Source: Polyangiaceae bacterium (GTDB lineage Bacteria > Myxococcota_A > Polyangia > Polyangiales > Polyangiaceae). From it: a DNA stretch of 64,000 bases. Every line of letters begins with the position of its first letter. The stretch's first letter is position 1. Of the stretch, positions 1 to 9,775 are shown piece after piece. The notes beneath the pieces were generated by a model. It was given only the letters and a program-made list of their open reading frames with translations, searched no databases and was not told the DNA's origin. The translations under genes were made by a program, and so were the position numbers. The DNA lies in NCBI GenBank assembly GCA_050287085.1, contig JBNKBE010000020.1, positions 1 to 64,000 on the forward strand, read 5' to 3'.

Positions 1-582
1 AAAGCCCCCAAACAAGCGCGTGAAGACCGCACGCGGATCGTATTCGGCGTTGTTGCGCGCATTCGGTCCGTTGTGTGAAACCGTATGCAGCGAATCCTGA
101 GGACCGTTTAGCGTCGCCGGCGTCACCCCCACCTCGAGCGACTTGAACGGCGCCCCTTGCGAGACAATATCAGCCACAATTTGATCGATAGAGGCCGAGC
201 GGACGGCATTGCCGCTCAGAGGAGCCCCCGTCGTAGCCGCGGCGGAGCCGGACGGATGCTCAACGCCGGGCACAACCAACTTACCCTCCAGCCCAGATAT
301 GACCGTGAGGTAGTCCTTGACGGCCGCCAGCGGCGTTAGTTGATGGCTGAGCTCCCAGGAATCCCCCGTGCCCGTCACGCCCGGCTTCCATTGGCCCGGC
401 AGCACGCCGTTGCCAAAGAACCAGGAAACAAAGAGTGGAGAGATGGCGCTGCCATCCTGGGCAAGAGCGCTTCCATTGCTGTTGAGCATCGCCTCCAGCA
501 AGGGCAGCCCAACGGTCGCCGTGGCGCCTGTGGTCAAGAGGCCCCGGAGAACGGTTCGTCGATTCAGTGCTTTCATGGTCAT
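1..582 (-). CDS. DUF1552-type Tat-exported protein, partial (runs off the left edge of the window)
   Basis: Not in the ORF track. Manual minus-strand reading from ATG 582 (or 576) gives MTMKALNRRTVLRGLLTTGATATVGLPLLEAM...SWFFGNGV...VEHPSG...SIDQIVAD...FKSLEVGV...YDPRAVFTRLFG, collinear with the 2569-3924 protein. Confidence 0.85.
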   Translation of the reverse strand, partial: MTMKALNRRTVLRGLLTTGATATVGLPLLEAMLNSNGSALAQDGSAISPLFVSWFFGNGVLPGQWKPGVTGTGDSWELSHQLTPLAAVKDYLTVISGLEGKLVVPGVEHPSGSAAATTGAPLSGNAVRSASIDQIVADIVSQGAPFKSLEVGVTPATLNGPQDSLHTVSHNGPNARNNAEYDPRAVFTRLFGGF

Positions 583-610
583 CAGCTCTTCGTTCGCTAC
601 GGGGGCAGGT

Positions 611-2401
611 TCAGTCGGCTTGAGGCGCAACGGCGGCAAACGCGTCACTCGAGGCAACCTCAACGATCAAGTCTTTGAGACGGTACCCGGACGCTTCAAA
701 CGACGCCTTCAGACCATCAATAACGCTCGCGTCACCGGGTCGAATCTCGTGACCCACCGCGTAGGAGTAGTAGTGCTGCACCAAGCAGCGCGCAACGCGC
801 TCACTACTTGCAACCACTTCACCAAGCTCCACGGAATCAGCCACAGGAACACCGTCAAACGTCCCTGACGGATCGACAGGCAGACCTTCGTCCATCTCGC
901 GGTAGCGCCCCATTGCGTCAAAACTCTCGAGGGGCAGCCCCATCGGGTCAAAGAGTTCATGACACGCCGCACACCGCGGTTCCGTCCGATGCATATCCAA
1001 ACGCTGACGCTTGGTCATCGGCTGCCCCGGGGGTGAGGGCGGAACTATCGGGACCACATCCCCGGGCGCTTTGGGCACTTCGAGACACATGATCGCTTCG
1101 CGAATGAACTTGCCTCGCAGAGTGGGTGACCCCTCTTTTTGGTTGGCGTGTTGGGACAAGAACCCCAGCTTGCTCAAGACCCCGCGTCGCGGACTGTCCG
1201 GCGGCAACGAGCGCAGTTCAAAGGTCTCGTCGGTCAGTCCGCTGTCATCAATGCCGTAGACCCGAGCCAAACTGGCATTCACCACCGCCTTGTCGGTCGT
1301 GAACACATCCATGACGCTAGCCTGGTCATCAAAAGCGTTGGCCTCCCACACGCCGCGCATGTCCCGGACGATGGCTTCCTGAAGCGCCGGGGTATATTCC
1401 GGAAAGAGCTCTGGGTCCTTGAACTGCGTCAGAACGCGATCTGTTCGCAAGTACTGCTCAGCGAATTCCCCCGCGGCTGCCCGTCCCTTGGACGTCGCCA
1501 ACATCCGCTCAACCGTAGCGCGAATACCCTCTTTCGTATCAAGTGTTCCATTCTCTGCGTCAGCAAGCAGCGACTCATCTGGAACTGAGTTCCAGATCAG
1601 GAACGAAAGCCGCGACGCCGTCTCGTAGGGTGTGAAGCGAAACTGACCATCAGCGCCGACCTCGCCAAGTTCTGCGCGATACAAGAAATTCGGGGAGCCG
1701 AGCAGCGCCACCGTTGCCCATTTGACCCCTTCCACTACGTCGCCCAACTCACCTTGGGCAGTCTCGGCCACAGTTATCAGCTGATCCACTTCCTCCGTCG
1801 CAAGGGGGCGCCGCCACGCGCGGCGTCCAGTCCCCTCGAGAAAACCCCGCACGCAAGCCTCCCCCACCATTTGGGGAACACAACCCAACAACGCTTCAGA
1901 CCGCGTTGAGTCGGCAAATGCAGCGCTCACGGCGTCTTCGACCGCGTCGTTGAAAGCCTCAACCCCCGTCTCGGCAATGGTCACGGTGGCAGCTCCGACC
2001 GTCGCAAAGACACCGTCGTAGCTATCCTCGAACGCGTCTCCGACCACGACCTCCGCTCCCAATAGATCGTAGACGGCATTGGAAATCTGCGAGCGTGTCA
2101 AGCGCCGGAGCACCGCCGCCGCAGCTGAAAACGACTCCGGAGCGGCACCACCGGCGGTGGTGGACGGCGATACCCCACCGCCCCCTGCAACTCCGGCCGC
2201 CGCTTGGGCACCCGCATTCTCTGGACCTACGACCGCTGGCGAACCGCCACCGTTGGTCCAAGCATCCTCCGAATCCGGTCCTACGCTGCCATCACAAGCG
2301 ATGGCTCCAGCGGCCAACCCGATGGCCATCAAGCCCACGAGTCCGCTTCCGACCTGTGACCGCTTTCCACCGCGCCGTACTAGAGTCATCACTATAGTCA
2401 T
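611..2401 (-). CDS. DUF1592/DUF1588-type monoheme c-cytochrome-like lipoprotein
   Basis: Lipobox-like AGAIAC, Gly/Ala stalk, LRRLT, RRAWRRPL, SPNFLYRAE, ASRLSFLIW, SPTLRG and heme motif CAACH. Start set at ATG 2401; the ORF track extends to 2542. Confidence 0.85.
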   Translation of the reverse strand: MTIVMTLVRRGGKRSQVGSGLVGLMAIGLAAGAIACDGSVGPDSEDAWTNGGGSPAVVGPENAGAQAAAGVAGGGGVSPSTTAGGAAPESFSAAAAVLRRLTRSQISNAVYDLLGAEVVVGDAFEDSYDGVFATVGAATVTIAETGVEAFNDAVEDAVSAAFADSTRSEALLGCVPQMVGEACVRGFLEGTGRRAWRRPLATEEVDQLITVAETAQGELGDVVEGVKWATVALLGSPNFLYRAELGEVGADGQFRFTPYETASRLSFLIWNSVPDESLLADAENGTLDTKEGIRATVERMLATSKGRAAAGEFAEQYLRTDRVLTQFKDPELFPEYTPALQEAIVRDMRGVWEANAFDDQASVMDVFTTDKAVVNASLARVYGIDDSGLTDETFELRSLPPDSPRRGVLSKLGFLSQHANQKEGSPTLRGKFIREAIMCLEVPKAPGDVVPIVPPSPPGQPMTKRQRLDMHRTEPRCAACHELFDPMGLPLESFDAMGRYREMDEGLPVDPSGTFDGVPVADSVELGEVVASSERVARCLVQHYYSYAVGHEIRPGDASVIDGLKASFEASGYRLKDLIVEVASSDAFAAVAPQAD

Positions 2402-2486
2402 CGTGTTTCCCTGCCCCCATGTAGGCTCGCGCGCGGGCAAATCGACCCGCCAAGAAAGCTCAAATGTCTCGGAGCTCAATACTCCG

Positions 2487-2511
2487 GCTTCCGCCCTCCG
2501 TGGACGGAAGC
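2487..2511 (-). other. Intergenic GC-rich stem-loop between the two DUF1592/DUF1552 pairs
   Basis: Minus strand GCTTCCGTCC-ACGGA-GGGCGGAAGC forms a 10-bp stem with one G-U pair. There is no U-tract. Confidence 0.35.
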
Positions 2512-2568
2512 GCTGGAACGCCAGACGAAGCTCTCGGTCCACACCCAGAAAGCTCCGTCCGGTTCAAC

Positions 2569-3924
2569 TCATACTAGATCTGTCAACGTGCCCGGAAAGT
2601 CTGGCTCACCAAAGCCAGTGGCCTCCACTCCGAACAAGTTCAGGAAGGTCGTGTACAACTTGTTGTGCGGCTCGCCGTCGTACATCAGCGAGCGTCCGGT
2701 CTGTATCTTTCCGCCGGCCTTGCCCGCCAACAGGTACGGCAAGTTATGACGGTCATGAACCTCACCGCGCGACAGCTCGTTGGGCCAGAACATCAGCGTA
2801 TTGTCGAGCAGCGTCCCGTCACCCTCTTGATGCTTCTTCATCTCGCCCAACAAGTACGCGAATTGCTGCGCATACCAAGTGTTGATAGCCGTCAAGTCGG
2901 CACTATTGCCGCGCTCATCGTGGGACATCAGGTGGTGTTCCCCACGAATGCCGAGCTGCTCGTGGACTTTCGTGCTCTCGGCCGTCGACCACTGCAAGGA
3001 GATAACACGCGTCAAGTCGCATTTGAGCGCATAGACCATCAGGTCCATCTGCGCCTTTCCGAGATCGACGAAGCTGGCTACGCACTTTGTCGGTCGACCA
3101 TCACGGTTGCAGTCAACAACATCCGCCGTCACCGTGGGACGGGCAGGTGCTTCGCAAGTCGTAACAGCTGTTAGCTGGTTCTCGAGGTCTCGAACGAACG
3201 AGGCATGCTGCTCCAGGCGCTGACGGTCGTCGTAGCCAAGCGCAGGGCCCATCGCGTTGAACTCACCGATGACGCCATCGATCACCGATTGACGCTTGGC
3301 ATGCAGCGCAGCGATCTCGCCATCGTTGGCATCGCCGTCACTGAAGAAGCGCTCGAATACCTGCTGAGGATCGTCCGCCGGCGTGCGCGGATCATTCGGA
3401 CCGCCGTAGCTCATCCGAATCACCATTGGCTCAAGGTCAGAAATCGTCGACTCCACGCCCAGCTCTACCGAGCGGAACTTCGTTTCCCCGCCGATCCCTT
3501 GGGCCAAGGTCTGATCGATGGACGGGCCACCCGCAGTGCCATCCACTACGTGACCGGCTCGCCCAAAGTTGTTTCCGCGCATCCGCATGCCGGTCAACAT
3601 ATGAGCCATCGCCAGGTCGTGCTCGTTGCCCGACTGCATGTATGACGACGCGGCGTCCAGCCCTTGGAGCACAACCAAGTCTTCCTTGTACTCCTCGAGC
3701 GCCGCCAAAGACGAACCCAGAGTGAAGTCAGTTCCGGTACCGGAGGGCCGCCAGTTGTCGCCAACGACTCCGCAGGAACTGAAGAAGATCCCGAAGCGTT
3801 GAGGATGCTCCGAAGCCTGCGCCCGAGCGCGATCCGACCGAGTCATGGCCTCCAAAAACGGGAGTGCCACTGCTACGCTACCAAGGCCACGCAACATCGT
3901 GCGACGATTCAACGCGCGTCTCAT
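2569..3924 (-). CDS. DUF1552-type Tat-exported protein
   Basis: Twin-arginine signal LNRRTMLRGLG...LPFLEAM, then SIDQTLA, SVELGV, DPQQVFERFF, CDLTRV, HHLMSH and TLLDNT. Overlaps the upstream stop by 4 nt. Confidence 0.9.
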   Translation of the reverse strand: MRRALNRRTMLRGLGSVAVALPFLEAMTRSDRARAQASEHPQRFGIFFSSCGVVGDNWRPSGTGTDFTLGSSLAALEEYKEDLVVLQGLDAASSYMQSGNEHDLAMAHMLTGMRMRGNNFGRAGHVVDGTAGGPSIDQTLAQGIGGETKFRSVELGVESTISDLEPMVIRMSYGGPNDPRTPADDPQQVFERFFSDGDANDGEIAALHAKRQSVIDGVIGEFNAMGPALGYDDRQRLEQHASFVRDLENQLTAVTTCEAPARPTVTADVVDCNRDGRPTKCVASFVDLGKAQMDLMVYALKCDLTRVISLQWSTAESTKVHEQLGIRGEHHLMSHDERGNSADLTAINTWYAQQFAYLLGEMKKHQEGDGTLLDNTLMFWPNELSRGEVHDRHNLPYLLAGKAGGKIQTGRSLMYDGEPHNKLYTTFLNLFGVEATGFGEPDFPGTLTDLV

Positions 3925-5753
3925 TTCATCTCCTCTGCTGCTGATGCATTGGCCGGCAACGCCGATACGTTTGGATCCAATACGAGTTGATAACGGAAGG
4001 AGCGCGACTCCGCGAGAGCGACAAGCAATTCCGAAACCTTGTAGTCGCGGGCGGCAAACTCAGACGCAAGGGCGTCCAAGCTCGCCGTATCGACGACTGT
4101 TGGAGTACGGCCCAGCCCGTACTTGAACCAAGTTTTTGCCATACACGCCATCGCCTGTGCACTCTGTGCTGCTTTCTGTGAAAGCTCGATAGCCCCATCG
4201 AAGTCACCCTCGATGTCGGTGCCAAGGATATTTCCCGTGGCATCCACCATCTCCCCGGCGTCGATATCCCGCCACTGCCCAAGGGCGTCGTAGTGTTCGA
4301 AGCCAAGTCCAATCGGATCCATCAACACATGGCAGCCTGCACAAAACGGATCCTCCTGGTGCTGCGCGAAGCGCTTTCGGGTGCTCACGCCGGGTTCGAT
4401 TTCCGGAGCCTTGACCATGGCCCCAGCCGGTGGCGGCGGTACAGGACTGCAGAGTATCGACTCCCGAATAAACTTGCCTCGATGTACCGGGTCCGTCTGA
4501 TCGGCCTTGGCTTGTCCCGCCAGAAAGCCAACCTGAGTCAAGACACCCGCCCGTCGATTCGGATCGAGGTCCACACGGTGAAAGCCCGGCTCTGTGGGGG
4601 GCGCAACATCGTAAAAAGGTGCGAGTTCCGCGTTTACGAAGGTGAATGGCGCCGTCAGCAGGTCTTTGCCTGTGCCCCCCTCGTCCAAAACGATGGTCTG
4701 AGCAAAGAGACGAACCTGTTCCTGCATCATTGGCCCCAGCGTCAGGTCAAAGTCCGGGTACAGCGTGATGTCTTTCTCGAGTCGATCGTGATTGCGCATA
4801 ACAAGCCACTCGATGAAGAACTCACCCACGCGGTCCCGAGCCCGCTTGGTCTCGAGTAACCGACGGGCCTGAGCAGCAACCGACTCGGGGGTCATCAGAC
4901 CACCGGCAGCGGCTTCGTTTCGAAGCGTCTCATCTGGTGCGCTACCAGTTAGGAAGTACGAAAGCCGCGAAGCCACCTGCCACGCATCGAGCGGTACGAT
5001 ACTACCCGGCGCAGCCCCGCTGGGTGACGGTTCGAGCAAGTACAGGAACTGCGGTGACTGCAGGAAGATCTGCACAAGCACCTGCAGCGACTCATCGAGG
5101 CCCAGCTCGCCGCGAACACTGGCAAAGGTTCCGTTGAGTCGTTGCTCTTCCTCGGTACTCAGCGGACGCCGCCAGGCGCGCAAGCCAAAATCCTTGATAA
5201 ACGCACTGACACAGGCATCTTCACCCTGCGCCGCAACGTCGCATTCGAGCAACGCGGCTGGATCCGCCGCGACCAGTTCGCTGACGCGCTCGGCGGCTTT
5301 CAAATACTCCCCCGCCTGCGTAGGACTTACGGTCAACCCGTGAGCGTTGTTGGTGAAGCCATCAACAGCACCCTGCTCTTCGAAGCGGCTGGTCAAGCCG
5401 TCAAAGGTCATGCCCTCAAAGAGATCCGCGACGCTGTTGGCGTATTCGCCGTGGGTCAGACGGCGAACCATCGCGACCCCCGGTTCTGGCGTTGTGGGAA
5501 TGGCTCCGCCGGCCCCGCCAGAGGCCCCGCCGCCACTGGCGCCCCCTGTTGCAGTGCCCCCAGCCCCTCCACCAGGACTCATTGTCCCCCCCCCGGAACC
5601 CGCGGGACCACCGGCGACGGCGGAGTTATCATCTGGCGCTGGGCCACCAGGCGAATCGACCTGCCCGGAACAAGCGATTACGCTCAATGGACCAAGCGCC
5701 CAGGTCGTCAAGACTCTCAAGGAACGCGACATGTCTGTTATTGTTCGTTGCAC
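3921..5753 (-). CDS. DUF1592/DUF1588-type monoheme c-cytochrome-like lipoprotein
   Basis: Lipobox SVIAC, Gly-rich stalk, VRRLTHGEY, RAWRRPL, SPQFLY, DPVHRG and CAGCH. The true start may be ATG 5732. Confidence 0.88.
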   Translation of the reverse strand: MQRTITDMSRSLRVLTTWALGPLSVIACSGQVDSPGGPAPDDNSAVAGGPAGSGGGTMSPGGGAGGTATGGASGGGASGGAGGAIPTTPEPGVAMVRRLTHGEYANSVADLFEGMTFDGLTSRFEEQGAVDGFTNNAHGLTVSPTQAGEYLKAAERVSELVAADPAALLECDVAAQGEDACVSAFIKDFGLRAWRRPLSTEEEQRLNGTFASVRGELGLDESLQVLVQIFLQSPQFLYLLEPSPSGAAPGSIVPLDAWQVASRLSYFLTGSAPDETLRNEAAAGGLMTPESVAAQARRLLETKRARDRVGEFFIEWLVMRNHDRLEKDITLYPDFDLTLGPMMQEQVRLFAQTIVLDEGGTGKDLLTAPFTFVNAELAPFYDVAPPTEPGFHRVDLDPNRRAGVLTQVGFLAGQAKADQTDPVHRGKFIRESILCSPVPPPPAGAMVKAPEIEPGVSTRKRFAQHQEDPFCAGCHVLMDPIGLGFEHYDALGQWRDIDAGEMVDATGNILGTDIEGDFDGAIELSQKAAQSAQAMACMAKTWFKYGLGRTPTVVDTASLDALASEFAARDYKVSELLVALAESRSFRYQLVLDPNVSALPANASAAEEMK

Positions 5754-5819
5754 GGATTTCTTGTCTCTTTTTCCGATCGAATTCGCAGCCTCACGGCATA
5801 ACGCTCAAATTCGACGTGA

Positions 5820-6986
5820 CTAGGGTCCTAGGTAAGTCGCCGGGTCGGTGAGCAAACGGCGAAATTCCCGCCCGGCCAGATCACCGTCGACGGCTGAGAC
5901 CACCGTTACGGGGCCCAGCGGGTCAGTCTTCAGTGCGGGCACGCCATCCAACTCCTCCGGAATGCGTGTCCGAATCGTCTCCAGCGGGAAATCCGGGAGC
6001 GCTACCGATAGTACGCCAACTTGATCCGCAGCTTCAGGGATCGTCCACACGTCCGGCTGTTTGTTAACCACCCACTCACCGAAAGCGTTGGACGGGACCT
6101 TATCGATGAAGTCCTCCGGCAGATCTTTGAGCTGATCGTAATGTGCGCTGACCTGGATATAGCGAAGACGACTCGCGACAACAACGTCCGCCCAAGGATC
6201 GAACTCGCCGTTGGGAGCCGCCATATCCGCTCCGTCCGAGGTGAGACTTCCAAGCGATGAAATCACGACAACGCGATCGGCGATCGACGGTTCGACGAGA
6301 TAGGCGTTGGCTATGTCGGTCAAGCGAGTGCCGGTAACGACCACCAACGGCAAGTCCGCGGAGCCTCGCGTCGTCGCGAGGTCAACGATCAGTTTGGCGC
6401 CGGCGGTGAACGTAGCTTGGGTCTCATCAATTTCGCCGCTGGCAGGACGAATCAGCGTGGCAGCCTCACTCCCAATCGGATCGGGAAGGCCCGCTATCCC
6501 ACTACCGCGGGCGGCCTCAATCATGGCACGCCAATTGGCCACATTATCGTCCAAGCTCGACCAAATCACACTCGTGGTGACGACGATGCCGGCGAGTTCA
6601 GGCCCCGTTGTCGCCGCAAATAGAATCGCCGCTTCGCCCTGCCAGCTGTCGACATGACCATCGTTGTAGAGCAGCAGCGGGTTGTCCGGCCCCACCGGCA
6701 ACAACGCGTCTGGTGGCGGCGTCGAAGGAACCGCCGCGTCCGAGGCCATTCCGCCGTCACCCGCGTCGTGCACCGGCGTGGCGGCGTCAGGCGGGACCGG
6801 TTCGGAGGCATCTCGGCTCGGAGTCGGCGGAGGCTTAACGGCCGCGTCCGAGACCTCACCGGCGCTCGGCTCCGGCGGCGTCTGCACGACGTCATTCCAC
6901 CCCGCATTCAGCTCGCCCCCGCACGCAAGAAGCAGAGAACCCAGACTCGCCGCAAGAAAGCGGCGCCTGCGCTTCTGCCGCCTCAC
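5820..6986 (-). CDS. Exported lipoprotein with a nucleoside-hydrolase-like fold
   Basis: RRRRFL...LLLAC signal and a Pro/Asp-rich linker. Segments LVVVTGTRLTDIANAYLVEPSIADRVVVISSLG and NGEFDPWA resemble IU-nucleoside hydrolases. Confidence 0.65.
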   Translation of the reverse strand: MRRQKRRRRFLAASLGSLLLACGGELNAGWNDVVQTPPEPSAGEVSDAAVKPPPTPSRDASEPVPPDAATPVHDAGDGGMASDAAVPSTPPPDALLPVGPDNPLLLYNDGHVDSWQGEAAILFAATTGPELAGIVVTTSVIWSSLDDNVANWRAMIEAARGSGIAGLPDPIGSEAATLIRPASGEIDETQATFTAGAKLIVDLATTRGSADLPLVVVTGTRLTDIANAYLVEPSIADRVVVISSLGSLTSDGADMAAPNGEFDPWADVVVASRLRYIQVSAHYDQLKDLPEDFIDKVPSNAFGEWVVNKQPDVWTIPEAADQVGVLSVALPDFPLETIRTRIPEELDGVPALKTDPLGPVTVVSAVDGDLAGREFRRLLTDPATYLGP

Positions 6987-7684
6987 GGGCGCCCTGCGAG
7001 CAGGCGCTCCAATCGCGAGTTCACCGCACTGTGTGGGAACCGCCGCCGGAAAGCCTGAGCCGAAGTGCTCGCTTCCCGCTTGCGTCCAAGCCCTAGTAGG
7101 GCCCGGATGCGCAAAGCTTCTCGCTCCTCCGTGAGGACCCCGCGAGGAAACCTCGAGGCGTGCAGTCGAACAGCCGACAACGCCTGCGCGTACGCCCCGC
7201 GCCCGAGGGCTTGCTGCGCTGGCTGCAGCAAACGTAATTCGGCTGCGTAGGGGTCCAGTTCTGCCCGGCCGCGGCCAGCGCGAAGCTGGGTCTGGTCATC
7301 CACCAAGGTGGGCTCCCCTTCAGCTGAAGCAGTCTCGGCAGACGACGTATCAGCGGACGAGGGCCCCAGCGAAACCTTCACCCAAGCGCCGGGCGCAAGC
7401 GCCGAGGGCGCGGCGACAGGAATCGGCGGTGTTGGGGCGAGTTCCTCCTCACGATGTAGTCCTCGAAATGCCATCGCCCCGGCCGCGACCGTCAGCACCG
7501 GGAGCCCGAGGGCGCGGACCAGGCCTTTCCAGACGGGCCGCGGACTGACCACCGGCAGAGAGCCAAGCCGAGCCGAGGCACGAACGCGACTCATGACTCG
7601 CTCGCGAAGGGCGTCGGACACCGGCAGAATCACTCTTTCTGCGTCCAACAAAGACTGCAACGAGGCCATCGAGGTACCGTCCAT
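6983..7684 (-). CDS. Putative anti-sigma factor (single TM, Pro/Ala linker, C-terminal TPR-like helices)
   Basis: Starts 4 nt after the ECF stop. Has TM ALGLPVLTVAAGAMAF and C-terminal ELRLLQPAQQAL...RFPRGVLTEEREALRIRAL...FRRRFPHS. Confidence 0.7.
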   Translation of the reverse strand: MDGTSMASLQSLLDAERVILPVSDALRERVMSRVRASARLGSLPVVSPRPVWKGLVRALGLPVLTVAAGAMAFRGLHREEELAPTPPIPVAAPSALAPGAWVKVSLGPSSADTSSAETASAEGEPTLVDDQTQLRAGRGRAELDPYAAELRLLQPAQQALGRGAYAQALSAVRLHASRFPRGVLTEEREALRIRALLGLGRKREASTSAQAFRRRFPHSAVNSRLERLLAGRP

Positions 7685-7688
7685 AATC

Positions 7689-8402
7689 TCACCTACCTCC
7701 TTTGGCTCGGACCGCCTTGACAGCGGCGGCTAGCTCCTGCCTGGCCTTGCGCAGCCGGGAGTAGCCAGTGAACCGATAGATTGACAACGCCGAAGCGATC
7801 TCCGTCATCGGCATCTCATCTATGTCATGCATGATGAGTACGGCTCGGCGCGACATCGGGAGCTTTTCTAGCGCCATGAGAAGCAAGTCTCGCGTTTCCT
7901 GAGCCTCAAAGACCCGATCGGGTCCGGGCTCAACATCATCCGGCTCAACCACGGCGTACGTGACCTCACGCTTGTATTTGCGTCTGTGATTCGAGGCAAC
8001 GCGGAACGCAATTCCAAACAGATAGGCTCGCAACGGTCTTTCAGGATCATAACGCTCCCATCCTTGAAACAGCACCAGGAAAACTTCGTGGGCGAGGTCC
8101 TCGACGTCGTTCTCATGGACGCCTAGCCTCCGCAATGTGCGAAGCAGATAGTTGAATTCATTAGCAAAAGCCTGCACGCACGGATGCTCAGCGGACCGCT
8201 CCGACAGGTCCCTCCGTTTAGGCTCAGACACCTTGACCTCAGGCGCCCCCGCCCCGGCATCGAGTGGCTTGGATTCCAACGGAACAGCATTTAGTGGCCC
8301 AGTGCCCGGTTGCCCACCATTGAGTGGTTTGTCGTCAAGTTGCCCATAGCAGGATTGCCGAGCACCCAGTCGCCCGGTCTCCTTGCATGCGAAGCTCTGC
8401 AC
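7689..8402 (-). CDS. ECF-type RNA polymerase sigma-70 factor
   Basis: Region 2 DVEDLAHEVFL...LRAYLFGIAFRV and region 4 ALEKLPMSRRAVLIMHDIDEMPMTEIASAL...SRLRKAR. Confidence 0.92.
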   Translation of the reverse strand: MQSFACKETGRLGARQSCYGQLDDKPLNGGQPGTGPLNAVPLESKPLDAGAGAPEVKVSEPKRRDLSERSAEHPCVQAFANEFNYLLRTLRRLGVHENDVEDLAHEVFLVLFQGWERYDPERPLRAYLFGIAFRVASNHRRKYKREVTYAVVEPDDVEPGPDRVFEAQETRDLLLMALEKLPMSRRAVLIMHDIDEMPMTEIASALSIYRFTGYSRLRKARQELAAAVKAVRAKGGR

Positions 8403-8438
8403 TACTACTTGATATATGTGCCGAGGCGCCGCCGGTTG

Positions 8439-9608
8439 TTATGGAAACAGGCCGAGCAGGTCGATTCCTACAACACCGCCCAGAACAGAGCTGTGCCAAA
8501 TGGCTCCGCCATCCAGCTGCACACGCCAGGGGGACAGCGCCAAACTAGCGCCCACATACCCCGCTAGACTTAGTTTCTCGCTCACCCTCAACCAGTAGGC
8601 CACCCGCGGACCGATTTGGAGGAAGGACCCCGCAGCGGTAGCCGGATGGTCCACTCCACGACCCTGGACTTGAAGCCGTCCCCACCTGCCGAGCCCACAA
8701 AAAGAAGTCGCTTCTGTTGGATGTGCACACAGCGCCAACGTGGCGGCCAGTAGACTGTGCTCAAAACCGCTACCATCGGCGAGTATGAAACGCCCCGGAA
8801 ATGCGGCCTCGAAGGCAGCTTCGAGGGAAAGCGCCCCGAGTTTCGCCCCCCCAAAAACGCGCCCTTGAAGAGCAGGTGTTGGGGCAACGTGAACACTGAA
8901 GAAAGGTCCGGCGCCGGTGAAGACGCGCCATCGAGCAGGATTCTTGGACCGATACAGCGCAAAGTCCGGCAAGGGATCATAGTTGTCGTGCGCCTCGTAG
9001 TCCGGCGGAGACGGCGCGCTGCGAGCCGCGGCGGGCGCACGGACGGGCGCACCGCTTCCGCTCGCACTCGCGGCCCCAGAGGGCGCACCCGAAGCCGTGT
9101 CCGAGGGCCCAACGGAAGACGCGCCCGAGCCGAGCCCGGCACGCCCCTTTCGGGCCGTGGAGCTACGCTCGACCATCAAAGGCAATTGAACGGACACGAT
9201 AAAAGCCAAGGTAGCAGCCAGCTCCGAACACTCTCCGCGAGCGGTCAGCCTGCGCTCGCCCAGCGCCGCCCCGTCCGCTCCCGTCCAGCGCACTCGTCCC
9301 TCGAGCCCATCGGCCCTCCCAACGACGCTGATAGCGACTTTCAAGGGAACCCCGTCGCGTTCCAACTCGTAGCCCACCCGCTCTCGAAGCAGAGCCCGAA
9401 ATTCTTTGTCATTCGGGCAGGATGAGTCAGCGGTCCAAACGGTGTAGTCGAGCTGGGCGTGGTCTTTTCGTCCCGAAAACGAAGCGCCGCCTCGGGCGGA
9501 CGCTGTCTCGTGCCCCCTAGAGTGCTCTGGTGTCGCTGCCGCATGCGCCTGCAGCGTGAGGGTGAGCACCAGAATCCCCCTCAGGAGCAAACATACGAAA
9601 CGCACCAA
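8439..9608 (-). CDS. Secreted protein with a probable C-terminal outer-membrane beta-barrel
   Basis: Signal peptide (AHA), a Cys-containing N-domain, a Ser/Ala/Pro linker, then alternating amphipathic strands ending GIDLLGLFP. Confidence 0.6.
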   Translation of the reverse strand: MVRFVCLLLRGILVLTLTLQAHAAATPEHSRGHETASARGGASFSGRKDHAQLDYTVWTADSSCPNDKEFRALLRERVGYELERDGVPLKVAISVVGRADGLEGRVRWTGADGAALGERRLTARGECSELAATLAFIVSVQLPLMVERSSTARKGRAGLGSGASSVGPSDTASGAPSGAASASGSGAPVRAPAAARSAPSPPDYEAHDNYDPLPDFALYRSKNPARWRVFTGAGPFFSVHVAPTPALQGRVFGGAKLGALSLEAAFEAAFPGRFILADGSGFEHSLLAATLALCAHPTEATSFCGLGRWGRLQVQGRGVDHPATAAGSFLQIGPRVAYWLRVSEKLSLAGYVGASLALSPWRVQLDGGAIWHSSVLGGVVGIDLLGLFP

Positions 9609-9737
9609 CTAGCACGTCCTTCGAACTACGATGGTTCGAGTCTCCGAACACAAAGACGCGGTTCCGCTATCGGCCCGTTGGGGCGTATGCGTCGGCCCGT
9701 CTTCCATCCGCGGAACAAAGGAGGAGCCCGCCACTGC

Positions 9738-9775
9738 GCCCTGCCGCATGAAGCCCTGCCGCATGAGGCCCTGCC
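9738..9775. repeat. 15-bp tandem repeat GCCCTGCCGCATGA(A/G), about 2.5 copies
   Basis: Directly visible in the region between divergent genes. Confidence 0.7.

Noticed and set aside
2458..5810. Shared ATTTGAGC 8-mer upstream of both left-hand DUF1592 genes as an ECF promoter
   Set aside because: Too short, with no matching second element at a consistent spacing, and not found before the third pair.
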